Positions 1-12,146 of a DNA stretch of 64,000 bases are shown here, piece by piece. Source of the stretch: Escherichia coli (lineage in GTDB: Bacteria; Pseudomonadota; Gammaproteobacteria; Enterobacterales; Enterobacteriaceae). Location of the stretch: assembly GCF_003334765.1 (NCBI RefSeq), contig NZ_QOWT01000001.1. One strand, 5' to 3'. Below the pieces are notes generated by a model. The model saw nothing but the letters and a program-made list of their open reading frames with translations, made no database searches and had not been told where the DNA came from. Position 1 is the first letter of the stretch, and the number at the start of each line of letters is the position of its first letter. Made by a program: the position numbers and the translations under genes.

Positions 1-1072
1 CATGCAGGCGCAGAATGACATAACGCCAGGGAACAGTATGTTTTTCTCGTTTATTGCGTTCGACTTCCTGGAGATTTTTTTCTGCCCAGTCAAATGGGTC
101 GCGTTGTTTGCGCTCGGCAAACCAGGCTTGAGCAAAGGAATCGACATTCAGGCTCTCTAAGGCTATGCGTTGACTCCAGTCTGGATCAGCAAACTTGATT
201 TCCTCTACTATCAATCTAAATACCCGATCCAAAAGGCCCTCTTCGCCTTTTTGAATCTCAGCATTTAATGCCTGATCGGTGACGATGTGTAAGGGCTCGT
301 AGGGAATAGGGCAATAGAAATCGGCTTCGGGTAAAATACCCGTGCGCGACAACAACGTGATATTTAGCTTTTCACTTGCGTTATCGCGGTGAAAAACGAC
401 GTGTTGTTTATCATCTTCAATGAACGAACCATGCTGAATAGCCACTGCCATTGCCGCATCCAGTCCGCTCAAGGATGTTCCCATAATACCCACGTTACAC
501 GCATCGACCTTTGCTTCCATCAGGCCTGACCACGGGCTGGGAAAATACGTTCGGGTTGCTTCTTCTTCATCAGGCCAGACGTGACCCGTGGCGATCACCG
601 CTAAATCAAACGTCTCGCTGGGTAAATCCTGATTTGTAGCGAGCATGACGCCAGCATTTGTAATTTGCAGATCGGTAACCTGGCATGATTCATAAACAGC
701 CACTGCAAATTTTTGCTGTCGTGCCTGGTCTACTAGTCGTAAAAATTGATCGCGGAAATATTCGCCCAGCAGAATTCGCGGTAAAAACTGACGATCGTGC
801 AAGGTTTCTTTTTTAACGCCATAACGCTGGAGATGGCTGTCTTCTTGCTTTTGTAGCCATTCGAGATACGTACAATAAATCGGCGGTATTTCAATACTGG
901 CAATATTTGCCAGCATCATTTTTGAGTTTTCCTCATCACTGTATGGCATCCCGACACCGGCCTCGTCAGCCTGCTCGAAGATAGAAATAGAAAGTGGAGT
1001 TTGTTGCTGTAGAAGCGAGAATAAGGTGTAGATCCCCGTAGGCCCGGCACCCACAATAGCAATTTTTTTCAT
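1..1072 (-). CDS. ydhS: FAD/NAD(P)-binding protein YdhS, N-terminal ~357 codons; 3' end lies beyond the window start
   Basis: Minus-strand frame open from window edge to start codon at 1070-1072; RC reads atgaaaaaaattgctattgtgg = MKKIAIVGAGPTG (dinucleotide-binding GxGxxG). Sits next to ydhR as in K-12. Confidence 0.8.
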   Translation of the reverse strand, partial: MKKIAIVGAGPTGIYTLFSLLQQQTPLSISIFEQADEAGVGMPYSDEENSKMMLANIASIEIPPIYCTYLEWLQKQEDSHLQRYGVKKETLHDRQFLPRILLGEYFRDQFLRLVDQARQQKFAVAVYESCQVTDLQITNAGVMLATNQDLPSETFDLAVIATGHVWPDEEEATRTYFPSPWSGLMEAKVDACNVGIMGTSLSGLDAAMAVAIQHGSFIEDDKQHVVFHRDNASEKLNITLLSRTGILPEADFYCPIPYEPLHIVTDQALNAEIQKGEEGLLDRVFRLIVEEIKFADPDWSQRIALESLNVDSFAQAWFAERKQRDPFDWAEKNLQEVERNKREKHTVPWRYVILRLH

Positions 1073-1197
1073 TGTTACTTACCTGTACGCATTCTTTCGA
1101 ATTTAGTGTTATCAGATAAGTTTGGTTGAGATTTTTAGAATTTGAGAAATTTCAGACAGGGATGAAAAGGGCGCTAACCGCCCTTGATTAAATTCTG

Positions 1198-1503
1198 TCA
1201 GGCGAGTTTTGCCTGATTGATTTGACTAAGTGGCTCATTGACATCGAAAACTTTGGCGACAACTTCCTCAACGCCGAGATTTTTCAGTCGGGCAGTATGT
1301 TTTTCCAGATAGGCAAGGGCGCTTTTTTCATCAGTGAAAAGGTAGATCCCACCGGCTTCGTGGTTCTTTTCACTTTCTGTCCATACCTTCCACAGAAAAC
1401 CAGGTTCCTGATTAATCGACTCAGCAAGTGGTTTAAGCTGCTCAGCCATTGCGTCGCCAAATGGGCCATTAAAAGCAAAATGAAGTTGTAACAAAGTTGC
1501 CAT
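1198..1503 (-). CDS. ydhR: Dimeric alpha/beta-barrel family protein YdhR (101 aa)
   Basis: ORF-track 101 aa frame; length and sequence match recalled K-12 YdhR; synteny between ydhS and the tRNA-Val pair. Confidence 0.85.
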
Positions 1504-1610
1504 AGCGATTCTCCTTCTGATAACGCATACGAAGACAGTGTAAATCTTTTAACGTATTGGATACAGAGAAGAAACAGAGGGAAAAAGGAGAAGACCAGAT
1601 TAAGAAAATC

Positions 1611-1687
1611 TGGTGCGTCCGAGTGGACTCGAACCACCGACCCCCACCATGTCAAGGTGGTGCTCTAACCAACTGAGCTACGGACGC
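1611..1687 (-). tRNA. valW: tRNA-Val (anticodon GAC), 77 nt with encoded CCA
   Basis: RC of 1611-1687 is gcgtccgtagctcagttggttagagcaccaccttgacatggtgggggtcggtggttcgagtccactcggacgcacca: canonical D-loop and T-loop (GGTTCGAGTCC), anticodon GAC. valV/valW assignment by synteny is tentative. Confidence 0.9.
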
Positions 1688-1691
1688 AGGA

Positions 1692-1768
1692 TGGTGCGTT
1701 CAATTGGACTCGAACCAACGACCCCCACCATGTCAAGGTGGTGCTCTAACCAACTGAGCTATGAACGC
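1692..1768 (-). tRNA. valV: tRNA-Val (anticodon GAC), 77 nt with encoded CCA; tandem copy separated by a 4-nt spacer
   Basis: RC of 1692-1768 is gcgttcatagctcagttggttagagcaccaccttgacatggtgggggtcgttggttcgagtccaattgaacgcacca; differs from the neighbouring copy only in acceptor/T stem positions. Confidence 0.9.
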
Positions 1769-2075
1769 AACGTTGTAGGTGACAACGGGGACGAATATTA
1801 GCGGCAGAGTGGGAAGGTGGCAAGAGGCAAAACGTAATTTTCTGCGCTATTTCGACCGTTTGCAGAGCTTTTAAGCAAATTGGCTATATTTTGTTGATTT
1901 GCAAGGGTGATTTTTATTCAGGATCGCATTTACATCTGATACAACCCAATAATTCGTGTATCAGAGTTTAAACAGAGTTGTTTGCCACCATCTCAAATCT
2001 GTCGTGGATAAATCCTCCGTAGCCTTTACACTTAGGTAGCAATAAAGGCACACAGATGCAGCAAAGGAATAAATC

Positions 2076-3332
2076 ATGGGATCTGATGCGAAAAACTTGA
2101 TGAGCGACGGGAACGTGCAAATTGTTAAGACCGGCGAGGTCATTGGCGCGACGCAACTTACTGAAGGCGAGTTGATTGTTGAAGCTGGCGGAAGAGCCGA
2201 AAATACCGTGGTCACGGGGGCTGGCTGGTTGAAAGTGGCAACCGGTGGGATCGCCAAATGCACACAGTACGGTAACAATGGCACGCTATCGGTCAGCGAT
2301 GGTGCCATTGCCACAGATATTGTTCAGTCCGAGGGAGGCGCAATTAGTCTCTCTACGCTCGCTACGGTTAATGGCCGCCATCCCGAAGGTGAATTCAGCG
2401 TTGATAAAGGTTATGCCTGCGGTTTGTTGCTGGAAAATGGCGGTAACCTGCGTGTACTGGAAGGACATCGCGCGGAAAAAATCATTCTCGATCAAGAGGG
2501 CGGCCTGTTGGTTAATGGGACAACCTCAGCGGTCGTGGTAGATGAAGGTGGTGAATTGTTGGTGTATCCAGGTGGGGAAGCCAGCAATTGTGAGATTAAT
2601 CAGGGCGGCGTTTTTATGCTGGCCGGGAAAGCCAGTGATACGTTGCTTGCTGGTGGCACCATGAATAATCTCGGTGGTGAAGACTCTGACACTATTGTTG
2701 AGAATGGATCCATTTATCGTCTGGGGACGGATGGCCTTCAGCTCTACAGTTCCGGTAAGACGCAAAACCTGTCCGTGAATGTGGGTGGTCGGGCTGAAGT
2801 GCATGCCGGTACGCTGGAAAACGCGGTAATACAAGGTGGGACAGTGATCCTGTTGTCACCCACCAGCGCGGACGAAAATTTTGTCGTAGAGGAAGATCGC
2901 GCACCGGTTGAACTGACCGGGAGTGTTGCATTACTGGACGGCGCTTCAATGATTATTGGTTATGGCGCAGAGCTGCAACAATCAACGATTACTGTACAGC
3001 AGGGCGGTGTGTTGATTCTAGACGGCAGTACGGTAAAAGGTGACGGTGTCACTTTCATTGTTGGTAACATCAATCTGAATGGTGGAAAACTGTGGCTGAT
3101 CACTGATGCGGCAACGCATGTGCAACTGAAAGTGAAACGCCTGCGCGGAGAGGGAGCGATTTGCCTGCAAACCAGTGCAAAAGAAATTTCACCTGACTTC
3201 ATCAATGTGAAAGGGGAAGTTACCGGGGATATACACGTTGAGATAACAGATGCCAGTCGGCAAACTCTGTGTAACGCTCTGAAATTACAGCCAGACGAAG
3301 ACGGGATTGGCGCAACGCTCCAGCCTGCGTAA
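2076..3332 (+). CDS. ydhQ: Autotransporter-adhesin-related protein YdhQ (418 aa), passenger-like beta-helix repeats without a recognisable beta-barrel translocator
   Basis: ORF-track 418 aa frame; Gly/Asn/Thr-rich repeats typical of AIDA-like passengers (e.g. GGxAxNTVV, GGxLxV); length matches recalled K-12 YdhQ. Confidence 0.85.
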   Translation: MGSDAKNLMSDGNVQIVKTGEVIGATQLTEGELIVEAGGRAENTVVTGAGWLKVATGGIAKCTQYGNNGTLSVSDGAIATDIVQSEGGAISLSTLATVNGRHPEGEFSVDKGYACGLLLENGGNLRVLEGHRAEKIILDQEGGLLVNGTTSAVVVDEGGELLVYPGGEASNCEINQGGVFMLAGKASDTLLAGGTMNNLGGEDSDTIVENGSIYRLGTDGLQLYSSGKTQNLSVNVGGRAEVHAGTLENAVIQGGTVILLSPTSADENFVVEEDRAPVELTGSVALLDGASMIIGYGAELQQSTITVQQGGVLILDGSTVKGDGVTFIVGNINLNGGKLWLITDAATHVQLKVKRLRGEGAICLQTSAKEISPDFINVKGEVTGDIHVEITDASRQTLCNALKLQPDEDGIGATLQPA

Positions 3333-3338
3333 AAATAC

Positions 3339-3372
3339 AGGCGCAACCCGTGAAGGTTGCGCCTTGTCTTTA

Positions 3373-3374
<2 letters not shown>
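3339..3374. terminator. Bidirectional intrinsic-terminator-like hairpin between convergent ydhQ and mdtK
   Basis: aggcgcaacc cgtgaa ggttgcgcct followed by tgtctttatt; 10-bp GC-rich stem plus T-rich tail, placed between two convergent stop codons. Confidence 0.55.
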
Positions 3375-4767
<1,393 letters not shown>

Positions 4768-4960
4768 TTATATGAGAGACTAAAAAGCCGCCTGAATGGG
4801 CAGCAAAAAGAAGAAGCAGGGGAAATTCAGTCTATTGTAGCGAGGATTTATTAATTCTCCAGTGAAAAAATAGCCATTCTTACCCCTTCACTGGTAAGGG
4901 CGTTTTCCACCTGCTATTGTGCTGAACAGAATGTCTTAACTGATTTCAGGAGTTGTAAGT

Positions 4961-5602
4961 ATGTTTACGGGGATTGTACAGGGCACCGCAAAACTGGTGT
5001 CGATTGACGAGAAACCAAATTTTCGTACGCATGTGGTGGAGTTACCCGACCACATGCTGGACGGCCTGGAAACCGGTGCTTCCGTGGCGCATAACGGTTG
5101 CTGCCTGACCGTGACGGAAATTAACGGCAACCATGTCAGTTTTGACCTGATGAAAGAAACGTTACGCATTACCAATCTTGGCGATTTAAAAGTGGGGGAT
5201 TGGGTAAACGTTGAGCGTGCGGCGAAATTCAGTGATGAAATTGGCGGACACTTAATGTCAGGTCATATTATGACCACTGCTGAAGTGGCGAAAATATTAA
5301 CCTCAGAAAATAATCGCCAGATCTGGTTTAAAGTCCAGGATAGTCAGTTGATGAAATATATTCTGTACAAAGGATTTATTGGCATCGACGGTATTAGCCT
5401 GACCGTCGGCGAAGTCACGCCAACGCGTTTTTGCGTCCATTTAATTCCGGAAACACTGGAACGCACGACTCTTGGGAAGAAAAAACTTGGCGCACGCGTC
5501 AACATTGAAATCGATCCACAAACTCAGGCAGTGGTAGATACGGTAGAACGTGTGCTGGCGGCACGAGAAAATGCCATGAATCAACCAGGCACAGAAGCCT
5601 GA
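4961..5602 (+). CDS. ribC: Riboflavin synthase alpha subunit (213 aa)
   Basis: ORF-track 213 aa beginning [29 protein letters not shown], the classic riboflavin synthase N-terminus; internal duplication of the lumazine-binding half. Confidence 0.95.
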   Translation: MFTGIVQGTAKLVSIDEKPNFRTHVVELPDHMLDGLETGASVAHNGCCLTVTEINGNHVSFDLMKETLRITNLGDLKVGDWVNVERAAKFSDEIGGHLMSGHIMTTAEVAKILTSENNRQIWFKVQDSQLMKYILYKGFIGIDGISLTVGEVTPTRFCVHLIPETLERTTLGKKKLGARVNIEIDPQTQAVVDTVERVLAARENAMNQPGTEA

Positions 5603-5609
5603 TCTGAAA

Positions 5610-5631
5610 TCGCCCCCGGAGAGGGGGCGAT
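5610..5631. terminator. GC-rich hairpin between convergent ribC and cfa (possible shared terminator)
   Basis: tcgcccccg gaga gggggcga perfect stem; flanking U-tracts are weak, hence low confidence. Confidence 0.4.
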
Positions 5632-5641
5632 AGAATAGCCT

Positions 5642-6790
5642 TTAGCGAGCCACTCGAAGGCCGTTTTCAACACCGCGTGAGAACACGACCTGCCAGAGCT
5701 GAATATCACGGGCGCGGAAAGCACCTGCACAGGCATTCAGATAATAGGTAAACATTCGTTTAAAGCGTTCACTATAGTTATCCGCAATTTCTGGCCATGC
5801 GGCGAGGAATCGTTCATACCACGCCATCAACGTAGTATCGTAATCAGCACCGAAGTTATGCCAGTCTTCCATCACAAAGTGGGGTTCGCTGGACTGAGCA
5901 ATCTGGCGTACAGAGGGCAGGCAACCGTTCGGAAAAATATATTTATTAATCCAGGGATCAACATTCAGATCGGTTTTTTTCGAACCGATAGTATGGAGCA
6001 GGAATATGCCTTCCGGTTTCAAATTACGATCCACCACCGCAAAATAGGTATCGTAATTTTTCGGTCCGACGTGCTCGAACATCCCCACAGAAACAATACG
6101 ATCAAACTGGTCGTTCAGGTCACGATAATCTTGCAGCAAAATGGTGACATCCAGGCCTTCACAGCGTTCCTGAGCCATTTTTTGCTGTTCGGCAGAAATG
6201 GTGACGCCCACCACGCTTACGTCATAATTAGATGCCATGTAGTGTGCCAGTCCGCCCCAGCCGCAGCCAATATCCAGTACGCGCATCCCTGGTTTTAACT
6301 GCAATTTTTCACAAATCATTTTGAGCTTCGCCTGCTGGGCAGATTCCAGATTATCGGCATCTTTCCAGTAAGCGCAGGAATATTGCATGAAGGGATCAAG
6401 CATGCGGCTGAACAAGTCATTACCCAAATCGTAATGCTCTTTGCCGACTATCCAGGCACGTTTTTTACTCTGCAGATTGAAGAGACGAGCGCCGGCAATA
6501 CGCAGCGTGTCTTTGAAATGATGGGGGAGTTGGTTCTCGAGACCTGCGCGTAAGACTTTGCTAAAAAACATATCCAGTCGGTCACATTCCCACCAGCCAT
6601 CCATATAACTTTCGCCTAACCCCAAAGAGCCTTCTTGCAGAACGCGTTTAAAAAAATCGGGGTTTTTCACACGAATATCCGCCGGGGCAGAACCGTTAAT
6701 GGCTATACCGGCACGGCTAAGTAATTCGTTGGCGATACGGTACCAGTTGTCATCCGGTACACTGACTTCTTCTATACACGATGAACTCAT
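5642..6790 (-). CDS. cfa: Cyclopropane-fatty-acyl-phospholipid synthase (382 aa)
   Basis: ORF-track 382 aa; SAM-methyltransferase motif VLDIGCGWGG; matches recalled K-12 Cfa. Confidence 0.95.
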   Translation of the reverse strand: MSSSCIEEVSVPDDNWYRIANELLSRAGIAINGSAPADIRVKNPDFFKRVLQEGSLGLGESYMDGWWECDRLDMFFSKVLRAGLENQLPHHFKDTLRIAGARLFNLQSKKRAWIVGKEHYDLGNDLFSRMLDPFMQYSCAYWKDADNLESAQQAKLKMICEKLQLKPGMRVLDIGCGWGGLAHYMASNYDVSVVGVTISAEQQKMAQERCEGLDVTILLQDYRDLNDQFDRIVSVGMFEHVGPKNYDTYFAVVDRNLKPEGIFLLHTIGSKKTDLNVDPWINKYIFPNGCLPSVRQIAQSSEPHFVMEDWHNFGADYDTTLMAWYERFLAAWPEIADNYSERFKRMFTYYLNACAGAFRARDIQLWQVVFSRGVENGLRVAR

Positions 6791-7080
6791 AGTTTCTCCA
6801 TCACTGGTCGGTGATCAGAACCTTAAAACAGCGTAGACGCTTTTTGGGCTTTGTGAGAAATCTCGCAGAAAAAACCGCGAGTCTATAATCCGACGTAGAA
6901 CAGAGGGAAAGGAGGAACCCTTGCCGAAATGACTATCCATAGTGAGTCGGGAACGATCCTGTCCCCGTAAAAACATAATATTTATCGTAGCTTTAACAAC
7001 TCGAAATTAGTATAGGCCGCTAATTTCAATCATACAACAAAATTTTGTTAGCAGCCTAAGTATAAGTATATCGATATAGA

Positions 7081-8292
7081 TCAGTGTGATTCGCTATGAG
7101 CGACTTCGGCATTGCCATGATTCTGGCAGCCAACTTCTTCACAACGTTGCATCATGTAACCCAGCGCGACCAGCACTACTGTTGATAACATCACGCTGGT
7201 GGTGGTGAGCAATGGCGTGCTGATACTGATCAGCCAGGAAACTACCAGACTTGCGAGGAAGCACAGACCCAGTTGAAGAGTGTTCTGCAACGCTGCGGCG
7301 CGACCAGTTGCGTGTGGGAAGGGACGCAGCGCCTGGGCGACAACAATAGGGTAGATCGCGCCATTGGCAATCGCCATCACACAGAATGGGATCAGGATTT
7401 CGACCAGCGACACATGGCTAATGAAGCCCGCAGCCCAGGTCGCAATGACGCTGACAGCAAACAGCACCAGCAACCACGGTAATAACTGCTTGCCTTGCCA
7501 TTTCTGCAGCGCGGCGCGACAGCCATAACCACCAATCAGAAACGCGATAGTTTGCGGGACATAACTTAAACCAATAACTGCCGGGCTGTAGCCCATTTCA
7601 CTAAGGATGAACGGTGAACCGGTCAGCCATGCAAAAAAACTGGCTGAACAGGCTGCGTATATCAGCACGTTGCCGCGATAGGTTTTAGAACGTAGCAGGT
7701 CGGTAAAGGTCAGACCATCCTGACTATTGTTACGGGCCTTCGTCGTGGGTTTGAGCCAGAAAATAGGCAGAATCAGCACCACGGTAATGGCAAACAGGGT
7801 GGCGAAAATCGCCTGCCAGGAAAAATGGACCAGCAGCCAGCTTCCTAACAGAGGAGCCAGTGCCGGAGATAGACCCACCAGCGGCATGATGGTCGCAAAA
7901 ATACGGTTAACTTTCTGTGAAGGATAATAATCTGTCACTAATGCTTGCCAGATAACCGCCGCGGCGCAGACACCCACAGCCTGTACAAAACGCAATACCA
8001 GCAGCGTAGCGGCGTTTTCTACCCACAGCATCCCCAGACTACCTAACGCAAAAATTGTCAGGCCGATTAATAATACCGGTTTACGACCATAACGGTCGGA
8101 GAGCGGCCCCCACAGAAGCTGGGCTGCGGCAAAACCGGCAAGGAACAGACTAAGGCTGGCACTGACAGCAGACGCAGGCGTTTGCAGGTCGGCCTGTATG
8201 GCGGCGAAAGCAGGCAGATACATATCGGTTGCCAGAAAACCGAGTACGCTCAAACCCGCCAGCCAGACTAAAAATCTTTTCCCAGGTTGCAT
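7081..8292 (-). CDS. punC: MFS transporter YdhC/PunC (purine nucleoside exporter), 403 aa
   Basis: ORF-track 403 aa, 12-TM MFS-like; synteny with the divergent LysR regulator and cfa. Confidence 0.9.
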   Translation of the reverse strand: MQPGKRFLVWLAGLSVLGFLATDMYLPAFAAIQADLQTPASAVSASLSLFLAGFAAAQLLWGPLSDRYGRKPVLLIGLTIFALGSLGMLWVENAATLLVLRFVQAVGVCAAAVIWQALVTDYYPSQKVNRIFATIMPLVGLSPALAPLLGSWLLVHFSWQAIFATLFAITVVLILPIFWLKPTTKARNNSQDGLTFTDLLRSKTYRGNVLIYAACSASFFAWLTGSPFILSEMGYSPAVIGLSYVPQTIAFLIGGYGCRAALQKWQGKQLLPWLLVLFAVSVIATWAAGFISHVSLVEILIPFCVMAIANGAIYPIVVAQALRPFPHATGRAAALQNTLQLGLCFLASLVVSWLISISTPLLTTTSVMLSTVVLVALGYMMQRCEEVGCQNHGNAEVAHSESH

Positions 8293-8404
8293 GTATATTC
8301 TCTAAATCTCTCAATTAAACACCGCCGCAAAGTGTAGGGAGTGAAATTAGTGTTGTGAAACGGTAATATTTGATGACTGGTTTCAAAAATTTTGCAGGCA
8401 GACT

Positions 8405-9337
8405 ATGTGGTCAGAATATTCACTCGAAGTTGTTGATGCGGTAGCGCGTAATGGTAGTTTTAGCGCTGCGGCACAGGAGCTGCATCGCGTTCCTTCTGCG
8501 GTCAGCTATACCGTGCGTCAGCTGGAAGAGTGGCTGGCGGTGCCGCTCTTTGAACGACGGCACCGTGATGTGGAGCTGACCGCTGCTGGAGCGTGGTTTC
8601 TCAAAGAAGGGCGCTCTGTTGTCAAAAAAATGCAGATCACCCGCCAGCAATGTCAGCAGATAGCGAACGGCTGGCGCGGTCAGTTAGCTATCGCAGTGGA
8701 TAATATTGTCAGGCCAGAACGTACACGGCAGATGATCGTTGATTTTTATCGCCATTTTGATGATGTCGAACTTCTTGTCTTTCAGGAAGTGTTCAACGGT
8801 GTCTGGGATGCGCTTTCCGACGGGCGCGTGGAACTGGCGATTGGCGCAACACGCGCGATTCCGGTAGGCGGTCGTTATGCCTTCCGGGATATGGGGATGC
8901 TAAGCTGGAGTTGCGTTGTTGCCAGTCACCACCCGCTGGCGTTGATGGATGGCCCGTTCAGCGATGATACGTTGCGCAACTGGCCGTCGTTGGTGCGCGA
9001 AGACACCTCGCGAACGCTACCTAAACGTATTACCTGGTTGCTGGATAACCAAAAAAGAGTTGTCGTGCCTGACTGGGAATCATCGGCAACCTGTATCTCG
9101 GCAGGATTATGCATAGGGATGGTGCCAACACATTTCGCCAAACCGTGGCTTAATGAGGGGAAGTGGGTAGCATTAGAACTGGAAAACCCCTTTCCGGATT
9201 CGGCATGTTGTCTGACATGGCAGCAAAATGATATGTCGCCTGCGTTAACCTGGTTGCTTGAGTATCTCGGCGATAGTGAGACGCTGAATAAGGAGTGGCT
9301 GCGGGAGCCGGAAGAGACTCCCGCAACGGGTGATTAA
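8405..9337 (+). CDS. punR: LysR-family transcriptional regulator YdhB/PunR (310 aa)
   Basis: ORF-track 310 aa; N-terminal LysR HTH ([26 protein letters not shown]); divergent from its transporter target. Confidence 0.9.
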
Positions 9338-10359
9338 CGACGATAGTCGCGGAACGGGCCGTCAGCCACGGAGCGGCGTTCAATCAAGCGCGGATGCACT
9401 TCAATAGACTGCGGTTCTTCACGTTTGTTGACGATACGATCCAACAGCATGTTGAACGCTGTTTCACCCAGCGAATCTTTTGGCTGATGGATCGTGGTCA
9501 GCGCCGGCGTAAAATAGCGCGCGTTGCGCACGTTATCATAACCGATCAGCGAAACATCCTGCGGGACGCGCAGGCCCATTTCATCAGCAGCACAAAGTGC
9601 GCCCATTGCCATGATATCGCCACCACAGAAGACGGCAGTAGGGCGATGCGGCTGCGACAGGATTTGCTGCATGGCGCGATAACCGGATTCAGGTTCAAAG
9701 TCACCCTGCACAATCCAGCTTTCCGGCACCTTGATCATCGCTTCTTCCATCGCCTTCATAAAACCGGCAAGGCGGCCTGCGCCGGTGTTACGTTCCAGCG
9801 GGCCGGGGATGACGCCGATTTCGCGGTGACCGCGTTCAATCAGATAACGCCCGGCCATGTAGCCGCCTTCGAACGCGTTATCAATGACCGCATCGGTGAA
9901 GTCAGCTTTTGCTTCACCCCAGTCCATGACCACCATTGGGATATGGCGATACTCTTCCAGCATCGCCAGCAACGGCTCTGGGTACTCAGAACACATCACC
10001 AGCAGACCATCGACGCGTTTTTGCGCCATCATCGACAGATAAGCCCGCTGTTTCTCAAGATTGTTCCACGCATTGCCCAGAATCAGGGTGTAACCTTTCT
10101 GGAAGCAATTTTTTTCAACTGCTTCAATGATCTCGGCAAAATAGGCCGCTTCGCTGCTGGTCGCCAGCAAACCGATAGACTTGGTGTGGTTAACCTTCAG
10201 GCTACGCGCCACCGCGCTAGGGGAGTAGTGTAATTCTTTAATCGCTGCCCACACGGCGTTGCGCGTTTCTTCAGCGACGAAACGTGTTTTGTTGATCACG
10301 TGTGACACAGTTGTAGTGGAAACGTTTGCTCGTTTCGCTACATCTTTTATTGTTGCCAT
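9334..10359 (-). CDS. purR: Purine repressor PurR (LacI family), 341 aa
   Basis: ORF-track 341 aa beginning [57 protein letters not shown], the canonical PurR HTH; its 3' end overlaps the convergent punR by 4 nt. Confidence 0.96.
10317..10332. promoter_or_regulatory. Putative PurR operator (PUR box) inside the purR 5' coding region
   Basis: gtggaaacgtttgctc; core GCAAACGTTT on the opposite strand matches the PUR-box core aCGCAAACGTTTtCnT. purR autoregulation via two downstream operators is established. Confidence 0.5.
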
Positions 10360-10403
10360 TCCATTTCACTCCAGACCCTAACTTCAGCTCCTGCAAAATC
10401 GCA

Positions 10404-10419
10404 AGGTAAACGTTTGCCT
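10404..10419. promoter_or_regulatory. Putative PurR operator (PUR box) in the purR leader
   Basis: aggtaaacgtttgcct; palindromic core AAACGTTT with flanking G/C as in PUR boxes; about 45 nt upstream of the purR start codon. Confidence 0.5.
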
Positions 10420-10657
10420 TTACACACCTTACGCACAACAAAAGTGTTGCGGTACGCCGGAAAAACGACACGGAGCGTCAGGAAGGGGTCAATGGCCAGT
10501 ACGCAAATAGTGTAAGCGTGGAATTTTGGCCGATCTTGACGAAAAGGGGAAGTGGTAAAAACACTTATCATTATAAATGACGGGAGATTTTTTCATCACA
10601 GTGTGTAAAAATGCGTAATATCACTTTTTGTGTGGTAATAAAAAAGGAGAAAACTTG

Positions 10658-10747
10658 ATGAGCACCGACCTTAAATTTTCACTGGTAACAACGATTATCG
10701 TCCTCGGTTTGATCGTAGCCGTGGGTTTGACTGCCGCGCTGCACTGA
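10658..10747 (+). CDS. ynhF: Small membrane protein YnhF (29 aa)
   Basis: Not in the ORF track (too short). atg at 10658 preceded by aaggagaaaactTG RBS; encodes MSTDLKFSLVTTIIVLGLIVAVGLTAALH, a single TM helix, which I recall as K-12 YnhF. Confidence 0.75.
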   Translation: MSTDLKFSLVTTIIVLGLIVAVGLTAALH

Positions 10748-10912
10748 TTTCCTCTCGAGGGAGCGCGTTCTCCCTCGCATCTCCTTCCTGTTTGTTAGCA
10801 AAATGGCAAAAGTGTTTTCTCTTTTTGTTATTTTCATTTTTTTGTGATTGCTGTCATGCTTTCGCCACTTTAATGAATATCGCGTAATGACGCGAAGAGG
10901 TGGAGATAAGGC

Positions 10913-12082
10913 ATGAAAATTAACTATCCGTTGCTGGCGCTGGCGATTGGCGCGTTTGGTATCGGGACAACGGAGTTCTCGCCAATGGGCTTGTTGCCCG
11001 TCATTGCGCGCGGTGTGGATGTCTCGATTCCCGCTGCCGGAATGTTAATCAGTGCCTATGCAGTTGGCGTAATGGTTGGCGCGCCGCTGATGACGCTTCT
11101 ACTTTCTCATCGTGCCCGCCGCAGTGCGTTGATTTTCCTGATGGCAATTTTCACGCTCGGCAACGTACTTTCCGCCATCGCGCCGGATTATATGACCCTG
11201 ATGCTTTCACGCATTTTGACCAGCCTGAATCACGGAGCATTTTTTGGTTTGGGTTCAGTCGTGGCCGCAAGCGTGGTGCCAAAACATAAACAGGCCAGCG
11301 CAGTTGCCACTATGTTTATGGGGTTAACCCTGGCAAATATCGGTGGCGTGCCGGCGGCGACCTGGTTGGGTGAAACCATCGGCTGGCGGATGTCATTTCT
11401 GGCAACGGCGGGGCTGGGAGTGATTTCAATGGTAAGTCTGTTCTTCTCATTACCTAAAGGTGGTGCAGGGGCACGACCTGAAGTGAAAAAAGAGCTGGCG
11501 GTATTAATGCGTCCGCAGGTGCTGTCTGCATTGCTGACGACGGTACTGGGAGCTGGTGCAATGTTTACTCTCTACACCTATATCTCTCCGGTACTGCAAA
11601 GTATTACCCACGCAACACCGGTGTTCGTCACGGCAATGCTGGTGCTGATTGGTGTCGGATTCTCTATCGGTAACTATCTCGGCGGCAAACTGGCAGATCG
11701 TTCAGTTAACGGCACGTTGAAAGGCTTTTTGTTGTTGTTGATGGTGATTATGCTGGCAATCCCGTTTCTGGCCCGCAATGAGTTCGGCGCAGCTATTAGC
11801 ATGGTGGTGTGGGGCGCAGCAACCTTTGCGGTCGTACCGCCGTTACAGATGCGCGTGATGCGTGTCGCCAGTGAAGCGCCAGGTCTGTCTTCATCAGTCA
11901 ATATTGGTGCCTTTAATCTTGGAAATGCGCTGGGAGCAGCTGCTGGTGGTGCGGTAATTTCCGCTGGGCTGGGATACAGCTTTGTGCCGGTGATGGGAGC
12001 GATTGTCGCGGGACTGGCATTATTGCTGGTGTTTATGTCAGCCAGAAAACAACCTGAAACAGTTTGCGTTGCTAACAGCTAA
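10913..12082 (+). CDS. ydhP: MFS transporter YdhP (389 aa)
   Basis: ORF-track 389 aa, 12-TM MFS; synteny between purR and sodB. Confidence 0.9.
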   Translation: MKINYPLLALAIGAFGIGTTEFSPMGLLPVIARGVDVSIPAAGMLISAYAVGVMVGAPLMTLLLSHRARRSALIFLMAIFTLGNVLSAIAPDYMTLMLSRILTSLNHGAFFGLGSVVAASVVPKHKQASAVATMFMGLTLANIGGVPAATWLGETIGWRMSFLATAGLGVISMVSLFFSLPKGGAGARPEVKKELAVLMRPQVLSALLTTVLGAGAMFTLYTYISPVLQSITHATPVFVTAMLVLIGVGFSIGNYLGGKLADRSVNGTLKGFLLLLMVIMLAIPFLARNEFGAAISMVVWGAATFAVVPPLQMRVMRVASEAPGLSSSVNIGAFNLGNALGAAAGGAVISAGLGYSFVPVMGAIVAGLALLLVFMSARKQPETVCVANS

Positions 12083-12092
12083 TTAAACAAAA

Positions 12093-12118
12093 ACGCAGAA
12101 GGATAACCTTCTGCGTTA
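12093..12118 (+). terminator. Intrinsic-terminator-like hairpin downstream of ydhP
   Basis: acgcagaagg ataa ccttctgcgt immediately after the ydhP stop (12080-12082). Confidence 0.5.
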
Positions 12119-12146
12119 CAGTTGCTGACAACGTGCGATTTATCTT

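Noticed and set aside
1613-1801. 62-aa ORF on the plus strand
   Set aside because: It lies antisense across the two tRNA-Val genes; the frame is an artefact of the duplicated tRNA sequence (internally repeated peptide LEPxTPTMSRWCSNQLSY).
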